This document shows positions 36,227 to 43,367 of a stretch of DNA of 64,000 nucleotides, piece by piece. The stretch's first letter is position 1, and every line of letters starts with the position of its first letter. The DNA is taken from the NCBI GenBank assembly GCA_910584585.1, contig CAJUBP010000020.1:881-64880 (forward strand). The letters are read 5' to 3'. A program made the translations under genes and the position numbers. Source of the stretch: an uncultured Lachnospiraceae bacterium. GTDB lineage: Bacteria; Bacillota; Clostridia; Lachnospirales; Lachnospiraceae. The notes under the pieces are model-generated. The model did not search any database, was not told where the DNA came from, and saw nothing but the letters and a program-made list of their open reading frames with translations.

Positions 36227-38389
36227 ATGAGAAAAGGAATCAGAAGAAAGATATGTTTGTTAGCGGCGGCAGCAGTAGTTACAGCGGGGCTGTGGGTTCC
36301 GGTGCCTGTTCTGGGCGCAGATGCAGGCATAACGGTTACGACCCGTGAAGAGTTTATGGAAGCTTTGAAACAGCCGGGCAGCCATATTATGGTACAGGGG
36401 CTTATTACCATTGGAAAAGAAACCGATACGGATCAGCGGATGCTCCCGGTAAAGATTCCGGCCGGAACAACTATCGAAGGAACTGCCGGAAGCAATTTAA
36501 ACTGCAGGTCGCCGGTTCAATTGGAAGGGGACAATGTTGTTTTCAGGAATATAAAATTGACCTTTGAATCCTCGAACGCTCTGGGCAGTGTTCCACATCG
36601 GGAAATTTTTCTGGCGGGCCACAGTCTGACGATGGATAATGTGCGGACATATCTGGAAGGGGGAGCCGATGCAATCGGTGGATTCGGCGGGACGGAAAAA
36701 GAACTGCTGCCGATAGTATATGCAGGGGGATATACCGGAACAGTGAACGGGGAGAATGCTTCTTTCACCCTGCAGAATTCCAATGAAGAGACCATGTTTC
36801 AGGGAATTTTTATGGGGCACGGGGCAGGCAGTGACAGAAAATCTCCCTATAAGGGGAACGCGCAGGTGAAATTAGACGGGAAAGCAATCGTTCGTGAGCC
36901 GATTGACTCCAGTGAGAACAGCTGGGCTTCTGTTGAAGTGATCGGCGGCCAGTACGGCACAAAAGCAATCAAATACCATGGAAATGAGAATACAACGCTG
37001 ACGCTGCGCCAGGGCATCATGGAAGAGGCGTCTGTGGAAGATATAGGGAATCTTGTGATAGAGAATGGCAGCTGTCTGGGCACAACAACAGGAACTTTGC
37101 AAAATGTCATATTGAAAAATGGCGGCTGCCTGGATCTCACCAAAGCGCCGAATCCGGTGATTGCCGGTAATTTTACAGGCGTTAGCGATTCGTTGGAGAA
37201 TCAGGGGCTTCTGGTTCTCAATCAAAATCTGAGCGAGGCATTGCGGATTCAGGGAACAGTTACCGGAATTACAAAGTTTCAGACGTATCATCGCCTGTTT
37301 CCGGGCACATTGCTTCCGGGCAGACAATACATTATAGCCGATCCGGCCAAGGCAGCGCGGGGAAATTTTGTTCTGCCAGAAAAGAATCTTGAAAACGGCT
37401 ATCGTCTGAATTACCGGGAAGGAGCCTGGATTCCTTGTTGGGAGGAAGATTATGAAGAACCGTCGGAAGAGGAAAAACCGCCAGTGACGCCGCCAGAGGA
37501 AGAGAAGCCGGAAATAACGCCGCCAGTGATGCCGCCAGAGGAAGAGAAGCCGGAAATAACGCCGCCAGTGACACCGCCAGAGGAAGAGAAGCCGGAAATA
37601 ACACCGCCGGTGACGCCGCCAGGGGAAGAGAAACCGGAAATAACGCCGCCGGCAGTGCCGCCAGAGGAAGAGAAACCGGAAGAAACACCGCCGGCACTGC
37701 CGCCAGAAGAAGAGACACTGCCGGGAAATGGGAAACCGTCAGTAACGCCGGCGGCTCATGTTCACAGATACATTCCGGTATTTGAGAAGGCCACTACGGA
37801 AAAAGACGGCGCCAGAATGAAACGGTGCAGCTGCGGCAAAATCTCAGAGCAGCAAAGCATTTACCGAATTCAGGATGTGAAACTGTTAACGGAGCGGATG
37901 GTTTACAGCGGAAGGAGCCGGAAACCGGAACTGAAAGTCATTGACAGGACAGGCAAAGTGATAGACAGAAGCCAGTATCAGGTTTCTTATCAGAATAATG
38001 TCAATGTAGGACAGGGAAAGGCAATCATTCGTTTCAGGGACAATTACAGCGGCAGCCTGGAAAAGAAATTTTTCATTGAACCGGAGCGGACCAGTTTGAC
38101 GGGGCTGAAGGCCAGATCCAAAGGATTCACAGTTAGATGGAAGAAACAGGCTGCTCAGACAGCAGGGTATGAGATTCAGTACTCCGCCAGCAGCCGCTTT
38201 TCAAAAAAGACAACCCGGACAATTACTGTGAAGAACAGGAAAACCACCTCGAAGACGATAGCAAAGCAAAAGCCGGGAAAGAAATATTATGTTAGAATCC
38301 GCGCTTATCAGCCAGTGAAAATCGAGGGAAGAACAGTCAGGATGTACTCAAAATGGTCGAAAGTGAAATCTGTGAAAACGAAAAAATAA
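36227..38389 (+). CDS. Secreted repeat protein: N-terminal beta-helix-like region, Pro/Glu-rich tandem-repeat linker, C-terminal Fn3/Ig-like modules
   Basis: Signal peptide MRKGIRRKICLLAAAAVVTAGLWVPVPVLGA, (PPEEEKPEITPPVT)n, and a basic C-terminus. RBS AAGGAG. Confidence 0.7.
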   Translation: MRKGIRRKICLLAAAAVVTAGLWVPVPVLGADAGITVTTREEFMEALKQPGSHIMVQGLITIGKETDTDQRMLPVKIPAGTTIEGTAGSNLNCRSPVQLEGDNVVFRNIKLTFESSNALGSVPHREIFLAGHSLTMDNVRTYLEGGADAIGGFGGTEKELLPIVYAGGYTGTVNGENASFTLQNSNEETMFQGIFMGHGAGSDRKSPYKGNAQVKLDGKAIVREPIDSSENSWASVEVIGGQYGTKAIKYHGNENTTLTLRQGIMEEASVEDIGNLVIENGSCLGTTTGTLQNVILKNGGCLDLTKAPNPVIAGNFTGVSDSLENQGLLVLNQNLSEALRIQGTVTGITKFQTYHRLFPGTLLPGRQYIIADPAKAARGNFVLPEKNLENGYRLNYREGAWIPCWEEDYEEPSEEEKPPVTPPEEEKPEITPPVMPPEEEKPEITPPVTPPEEEKPEITPPVTPPGEEKPEITPPAVPPEEEKPEETPPALPPEEETLPGNGKPSVTPAAHVHRYIPVFEKATTEKDGARMKRCSCGKISEQQSIYRIQDVKLLTERMVYSGRSRKPELKVIDRTGKVIDRSQYQVSYQNNVNVGQGKAIIRFRDNYSGSLEKKFFIEPERTSLTGLKARSKGFTVRWKKQAAQTAGYEIQYSASSRFSKKTTRTITVKNRKTTSKTIAKQKPGKKYYVRIRAYQPVKIEGRTVRMYSKWSKVKSVKTKK
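37478..37715 (+). repeat. About 5.5 tandem 42-bp repeats encoding PPVTPPEEEKPEIT
   Basis: Direct reading of CCGCCAGTGACGCCGCCAGAGGAAGAGAAGCCGGAAATAACG and its variants. Confidence 0.9.
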
Positions 38390-38423
38390 AATGATTTCCG
38401 TAATTCGCTGTGGAGCAGGATAA

Positions 38424-38455
38424 CTGCGCGTCCCGCCAAAGGGCAGGGTGCGCAG
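38424..38455. terminator. Bidirectional hairpin between convergent genes, nested inside a 15-bp outer inverted repeat (38407..38421 / 38477..38491)
   Basis: CTGCGCGTCCCGCC-AAA-GGGCAGGGTGCGCAG. Outer arms are GCTGTGGAGCAGGAT / ATCCTGCTCCACAGC. Confidence 0.5.
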
Positions 38456-38463
38456 AAGAACAG

Positions 38464-38838
38464 TTATAGTTCAAAATCCTGCTCCACAGCTTTTTTAATA
38501 GCCGCAAAACTTTCGCGGCTGATAACATGTTCCATGCGGCAGGCGTCTTCCGCCGCAATCTTTTCATCTACGCCTAAACTAATCAGCCAGCCGGATAGAA
38601 ATTTATGGCGCTCATAAATCATCTCCGCAATTTCACGTCCGGATTCAGTCAGTGTAATATATCCTGCGTTTGAGACAGTGATGTGGCCTTTTTCCCGCAG
38701 ATTCTTCATGGCCACGCTGACGCTTGGTTTTTTAAAGCCCAGTTCTACAGATATGTCGATGGAGCGGACCACGGGCAATTTCTTACTTAATATCAATATG
38801 GTTTCTAAATAATTCTCGGCAGATTCGTTGTTTTTCAC
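38464..38838 (-). CDS. DtxR/MntR-family metal-dependent transcriptional repressor
   Basis: ENYLETILIL...SVSVAMKNLREKGHI, a winged helix plus a metal-binding/dimerisation helix. Start taken at GTG 38838 after GAGGTG (the track ORF starts at 38868 without an RBS). Confidence 0.8.
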   Translation of the reverse strand: MKNNESAENYLETILILSKKLPVVRSIDISVELGFKKPSVSVAMKNLREKGHITVSNAGYITLTESGREIAEMIYERHKFLSGWLISLGVDEKIAAEDACRMEHVISRESFAAIKKAVEQDFEL

Positions 38839-38983
38839 AGCGCTCACCTCTTCCTTTCGCTTTGGCATAAAAAGCAGTAAAAACTGTTTGGCAAATACAT
38901 GCGCTTCTGAATATAAGTATACTGAAAGAACGGGAAAATAGCAAATATTTTTCTCATCCAGTTAAAAAAATCCCAAAAAGTTA

Positions 38984-39016
38984 TTGACAACATACAGTAG
39001 TAAGCGTATACTAACT
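38984..39016 (+). promoter_or_regulatory. feo promoter (TTGACA-17-TATACT) overlapped by an 18-bp dyad operator
   Basis: -35 at 38984..38989 and -10 at 39007..39012. Operator AGTAAGCGTATACTAACT at 38999..39016. Confidence 0.6.
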
Positions 39017-39075
39017 AATGAAAAGTGAATGAGAACCATTATCATTAACGAGATTTCAGAAAAGAAAGGATGATT

Positions 39076-39288
39076 ATGATGCCGTTGACCATGGCGAGAA
39101 CAGGAGAAGTCAATGTGATTAAAAAAGTTGGCGGAAAGGGAGAGACCAGGAGATTTTTGGAGAATCTGGGGTTTGTAACCGGAGGGCAGGTCACTGTGGT
39201 GTCCGAGATCAGTGGCAGCATGATTGTAAATGTGAAAGAGTCAAGAGTTGCCATCAATCGGGATATGGCCAGTAAAATTATGATTTAG
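39076..39288 (+). CDS. feoA: FeoA-family protein
   Basis: About 70-aa SH3-like FeoA pattern (G..V.V..I.G......RL..LG...G). Several adjacent ATGs make the start uncertain (39070-39079). Confidence 0.85.
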   Translation: MMPLTMARTGEVNVIKKVGGKGETRRFLENLGFVTGGQVTVVSEISGSMIVNVKESRVAINRDMASKIMI

Positions 39289-39300
39289 GGAGGAAAGGGC

Positions 39301-39522
39301 ATGAAAACATTAAAGCAGATTCCCTGCGGGGAAACGGTAAAGGTAGCGAAGCTGCACGGGGAGGGGCCGGTGAAGCGGAGGATTATGGATATGGGCATCA
39401 CAAAGGGCATTGATGTATTTGTGCGGAAGGTAGCGCCGCTTGGGGATCCGGTGGAAGTAACGGTGCGGGGCTATGAATTGTCTCTGCGGAAAGCAGACGC
39501 GGAAATGATAGAGGTACTGTAA
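39301..39522 (+). CDS. feoA: FeoA-family protein (second copy)
   Basis: 73-aa FeoA-like sequence (GETVKVAKLHGEGPVKRRIMDMGITKG). Confidence 0.85.
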   Translation: MKTLKQIPCGETVKVAKLHGEGPVKRRIMDMGITKGIDVFVRKVAPLGDPVEVTVRGYELSLRKADAEMIEVL

Positions 39523-39535
39523 TTTTTTGCGCATA

Positions 39536-39553
39536 GGTTAGCTTTTACTAATT
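39536..39553. promoter_or_regulatory. Second copy of the dyad operator, between feoA2 and feoB
   Basis: GGTTAGCTTTTACTAATT. Confidence 0.45.
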
Positions 39554-39600
39554 AAAGTGAGTAACAAGAAACTTGCCAAAAGGCGGATAGGAGTTGTGAA

Positions 39601-41787
39601 ATGTCAGTAAAAATTGCGTTAGCAGGTAATCCCAACTGCGGAAAAACAACATTGTTCAACGGATTAACCGGTTCCAACCAGTTTGTGGGAAACTGGCCCG
39701 GAGTTACGGTTGAGAAAAAAGAAGGGAAGTTAAAGGGTCATAAAGATGTTGTCATTACAGATTTGCCGGGAATTTATTCCCTGTCACCCTACACACTGGA
39801 GGAAGTGGTGGCCAGAAATTATCTGATAGAGGAACGGCCCAATGTGATTTTGAATATTGTGGACGGAACGAATCTGGAGCGGAATCTGTACCTTTCCACA
39901 CAGCTGATGGAACTTGGGATTCCGGTAGTTATGGCTGTCAATATGATGGATGTAGTTGCCAAGAGCGGAACGAAGATACATATCCGGGAACTTGGGAAGA
40001 AGCTGGGCTGCCCGGTGACAGAGATTTCCGCCCTGAAAGGGGACGGCGTGATGGAAGCGGCGGAGAAGGCCCTGGAGCTTGCCAAAGGAAAAGAGACAAT
40101 CAAAGCCGTACATGAATTTTCGCCGGAAACAGAAGGAGCGTTAACTGCAATTGAAGAGAGGCTGGGAAAAGAGATTCCCCAGGAGCAGAGAAGATTTTTC
40201 GCGGTAAAGCTGTTGGAGCGGGATGAGAAAATCGCTGAGCGGATGAAGCATGTGCCGGATGTGACAGCTGAGATAGAAGCGCTGGAAAAAGAAATGGATG
40301 ACGACGCGGAGAGCATCATCACCAATGAGAGATATGTTTACATTTCGTCTATTATCAAAGACTGCTGCTCAAAAGGAAAAAATGAAAAAGTTACAGTTTC
40401 CGATAAAATTGATCGGATTGTAACCAACCGCATTCTGGCCCTTCCGATTTTCGCGGCAGTGATGGCCCTTGTGTATTATGTGTCTGTGACGACGGTGGGA
40501 TCCTGGGCTACTGACTGGGTCAACGACGGGGTCTTTGGAGAGGGATGGAATCTGTTTGGCATAGAAAGCATCCATGTGCCTGCCATACCGGAACTGTTTA
40601 CAAGCGGACTGGAAGCCATTGGATGCGCGTCCTGGCTGCAGGGATTGGTGGTAGACGGCATTGTCGCCGGCGTTGGGGCAGTGTTGGGATTCGTTCCGCA
40701 GATGCTGGTGCTGTTTTTGTTCCTGGCATTTCTGGAAGCTTGCGGATATATGGCGAGAGTGGCCTTTATCATGGATCGTATTTTCCGTAAATTCGGCCTT
40801 TCCGGAAAATCTTTTATCCCGATGCTGATCGGAACGGGCTGCGGCGTGCCGGGGATTATGGCAAGCCGTACCATTGAAAATGACAGAGACCGGAAAATGA
40901 CGATTATGACTACCACTTTCATTCCCTGCGGGGCGAAGCTGCCGATTATCGCGTTGATTGCGGGGGCATTTTTCGGAAACGCCTGGTGGGTTTCCTTCAG
41001 CGCGTTTTTTGTAGGAATTGCGGCAGTGATCTGCTCCGGAATTATTTTAAAGAAAACAAGGATGTTCGCAGGGGAACCGGCGCCCTTTGTTATGGAGCTG
41101 CCGGCATACCACATGCCTACGGTTGGAAATGTTTTGCGGAGTATGTGGGAGCGCGGCTGGTCCTTTATCAAAAAGGCGGGAACGATTATCCTGTTATCCA
41201 CGATCTTTGTATGGTTTACCACTTATTTCGGCTGGGTGGACGGACAATTCCGGATGCTGGATCAGATGGAGCTTGACAACAGTATTATGGCTGCCATCGG
41301 AAACGCGTTTGCGTGGCTGTTTGTTCCTCTTGGCTGGGGAGACTGGAAATCAGCAGTTGCAGCGATTACAGGGCTGGTTGCCAAAGAAAATGTAGTGGGA
41401 ACTTTCGGCATTATTTTTGGATACGCCGAGGTGGCAGAGGACGGAACAGAGATCTGGGGGCTGCTGGCTTCTTCCATGACGGCGGTAGCGGCATATTCCT
41501 TTATGGTATTTAACCTGCTGTGCGCGCCTTGCTTTGCGGCAATGGGAGCCATCAAGCGTGAAATGAACAATATCAAATGGTTCTGGTTTGCCATCGGGTA
41601 TCAGTGTCTTCTGGCTTATGTGGCGGCGCTTTGTATTTACCAGATCGGAACCTGGATCACTCTTGGAACTTTTGGGCTTGGAACAGTGGCGGCGCTGGTT
41701 CTGGCGGCAGGATTTCTCTATCTGCTGTTTCGCCCATACCGGGAAGGAAGCAGCCTGAAAATGAAGGGGTTAGCAGGGGCAAGATAA
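39601..41787 (+). CDS. feoB: Ferrous iron transporter FeoB
   Basis: 728 aa. N-terminal G-domain GNPNCGKTTLFN, DLPG and NMMD, followed by a polytopic membrane domain. Confidence 0.95.
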   Translation: MSVKIALAGNPNCGKTTLFNGLTGSNQFVGNWPGVTVEKKEGKLKGHKDVVITDLPGIYSLSPYTLEEVVARNYLIEERPNVILNIVDGTNLERNLYLSTQLMELGIPVVMAVNMMDVVAKSGTKIHIRELGKKLGCPVTEISALKGDGVMEAAEKALELAKGKETIKAVHEFSPETEGALTAIEERLGKEIPQEQRRFFAVKLLERDEKIAERMKHVPDVTAEIEALEKEMDDDAESIITNERYVYISSIIKDCCSKGKNEKVTVSDKIDRIVTNRILALPIFAAVMALVYYVSVTTVGSWATDWVNDGVFGEGWNLFGIESIHVPAIPELFTSGLEAIGCASWLQGLVVDGIVAGVGAVLGFVPQMLVLFLFLAFLEACGYMARVAFIMDRIFRKFGLSGKSFIPMLIGTGCGVPGIMASRTIENDRDRKMTIMTTTFIPCGAKLPIIALIAGAFFGNAWWVSFSAFFVGIAAVICSGIILKKTRMFAGEPAPFVMELPAYHMPTVGNVLRSMWERGWSFIKKAGTIILLSTIFVWFTTYFGWVDGQFRMLDQMELDNSIMAAIGNAFAWLFVPLGWGDWKSAVAAITGLVAKENVVGTFGIIFGYAEVAEDGTEIWGLLASSMTAVAAYSFMVFNLLCAPCFAAMGAIKREMNNIKWFWFAIGYQCLLAYVAALCIYQIGTWITLGTFGLGTVAALVLAAGFLYLLFRPYREGSSLKMKGLAGAR

Positions 41788-41849
41788 GAAAAATGGAAGA
41801 TTAGATATGCGCGAAGGAACTATTCACAAGTTATTTTTGAACAGTCCTT

Positions 41850-42140
41850 TAGAGCGTGTCTTAAAATTGCTTTCTGACAGGTGTATTCTCCACTTAGTGG
41901 GACACCGAAGGCGCCCTGTGGGGATTTGTGCCAAATGAAGGGCGCATGCCCTCGCTTTGCTGGGGCAGACCCTAGCGGGCTATGTAACCTGAATTCATGC
42001 AGATTGAACTACTAATGTTCAATCTGATAGCGCAAATATCGCGCTAAGTGGGGGATGCTTGGCACTAAGGGGGTATCAGGTGCGAAGCCTGGTGGATTCC
42101 TTAGTGCAGATGGCGGGAATGAAGTTTAAGACACGCTCTA
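41850..42140 (+). ncRNA. Candidate ~290-nt structured RNA or element closed by a perfect 16-bp terminal stem. Class unknown and strand uncertain.
   Basis: TAGAGCGTGTCTTAAA (41850..41865) pairs with TTTAAGACACGCTCTA (42125..42140). Internal perfect hairpins are GCACTAAGG...CCTTAGTGC and AGATTGAAC...GTTCAATCT. There is also long-range pairing CCACTTAG/CTAAGTGG. Confidence 0.4.
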
Positions 42141-42412
42141 GTTCAGCCGGCATTTACAATGGGGTTGTCGGGAAATGGCAAATTGCTACAATATATAGAT
42201 ATGAATCCTGGAACTTCAAACTATATATTGTAGAAAAGATCATTTCTTGGCAGCCTCATTTTCTGAATCAATATGAAATTGATTTCACTATTTTGCACAA
42301 AAATAAAAAGCGGATATTATGAAAAATGTCAATATACAAAACAATAAATCTGGTTTATTATAATATTATAATTGAAAACGATTTCATATAAAAGCAGGAA
42401 AGGAAGATTCAG

Positions 42413-43258
42413 ATGGAGAAAAAAGTGATTTTTCTGGACATTGACGGCACGCTGACAGAGCCGGGCAGCAATGAACCGCCCAAATCAGCACTTTTGGCCA
42501 TTCGTCAGGCCAGGGAAGCGGGACATTTTGTTTTCCTGTGTACCGGCAGGAATTACGGAATGCTAAAGCCGCTTTTGAACTATGAATTTGACGGGTTTGT
42601 GGCATGCTCCGGAGGCTATATCGAATGCGGGGGGAAGGTGATTTATGACTGCCCCATGACCGAGAAACAGCAGGAATCCGCCATGGGCGTTTTGCGGGAA
42701 AACGGTATTTTTCGGACAGCGGAATGCAGGGATGGCTCCTATACGGATGAAGGGTTTAAGGAATTCCTGCGGGAACATGCCGACGAAGCGGGAAACAGCG
42801 AGCTGCTCCGATGGCGGGAACAGGTGGAGAAATCCCTGAATATCCGCCCCATGAAGGAATATGGAGGTCAGCCGGTATATAAGATTGTGATGATGAGCCC
42901 CTCTATGGAGCGGCTTTCAGAGCCCAGGAAGATACTGGAGCCTGAGTTCGCGTTCTGCATTCAGGAAGAAAATGCTCAGGGATTTGTCAACGGCGAAGTG
43001 GTTAACCGGAAGTTTGATAAGGGAAGAGGCATGGAGCAGGTCTGCCGGTATCTTCAGATTCCCATCGGCCGTTCCGTGGCGGTGGGAGACAGTATGAATG
43101 ACAGAGAAATGCTGGAAACGGCTGGGCTTGGCATTTGCATGGAAAACGGAAGCGACGAGATGAAACGGCTGGCGGATGATGTCTGTCCCCCGGTGGGAAA
43201 AGACGGACTGTGGGAGGCGTTCCGAAAGCACGGTTTGCTCGAAAAAGATGGAGTTTGA
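42413..43258 (+). CDS. Cof-type HAD-IIB family hydrolase (sugar-phosphatase-like)
   Basis: Motif I FLDIDGTL. C-terminal GDSMNDREMLE. Confidence 0.8.
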   Translation: MEKKVIFLDIDGTLTEPGSNEPPKSALLAIRQAREAGHFVFLCTGRNYGMLKPLLNYEFDGFVACSGGYIECGGKVIYDCPMTEKQQESAMGVLRENGIFRTAECRDGSYTDEGFKEFLREHADEAGNSELLRWREQVEKSLNIRPMKEYGGQPVYKIVMMSPSMERLSEPRKILEPEFAFCIQEENAQGFVNGEVVNRKFDKGRGMEQVCRYLQIPIGRSVAVGDSMNDREMLETAGLGICMENGSDEMKRLADDVCPPVGKDGLWEAFRKHGLLEKDGV

Positions 43259-43288
43259 ATTTTGGCCTCATACTCAAATTCCTCCAGG

Positions 43289-43325
43289 TTCCGAAAGCGC
43301 GGTTTGCTGGGATAGGATGGAGTGC
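43289..43325 (+). repeat. Diverged duplicate of the last codons of the HAD gene
   Basis: TTCCGAAAGC(A/G)CGGTTTGCT...GATGGAGT occurs at 43220 and again at 43289, offset by 69 nt and in frame. Confidence 0.7.
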
Positions 43326-43367
43326 TGCGTTTTATAATATCGATTTCAGAAAAGGAAGGGAAAAGAC

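Noticed and set aside
41850-42140. Tested the structured element against housekeeping RNAs (tmRNA, RNase P, SRP/4.5S, 6S) and metal riboswitches.
   Set aside because: It lacks GAGGAAAGUCC (RNase P), the tRNA-like CCACCA end and tag ORF (tmRNA), and the GGAAGCAGC domain IV (SRP). It lies downstream of a gene, not upstream. Kept as an unknown element, not a named RNA.
41850-42140. Considered the 16-bp inverted repeats as the boundaries of an invertible promoter (inverton).
   Set aside because: There is no convincing -35/-10 pair inside and no invertase or recombinase gene nearby, and the interior is GC-rich and hairpin-dense. This is retained only as an alternative to be tested with read-pair orientation.
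42059-42322. 87-aa ORF overlapping the 3' half of the structured element.
   Set aside because: It has no RBS, starts at a non-ATG codon in the track, has odd composition, and spans a GC-rich hairpin region and then an AT-rich spacer. It is most likely spurious.
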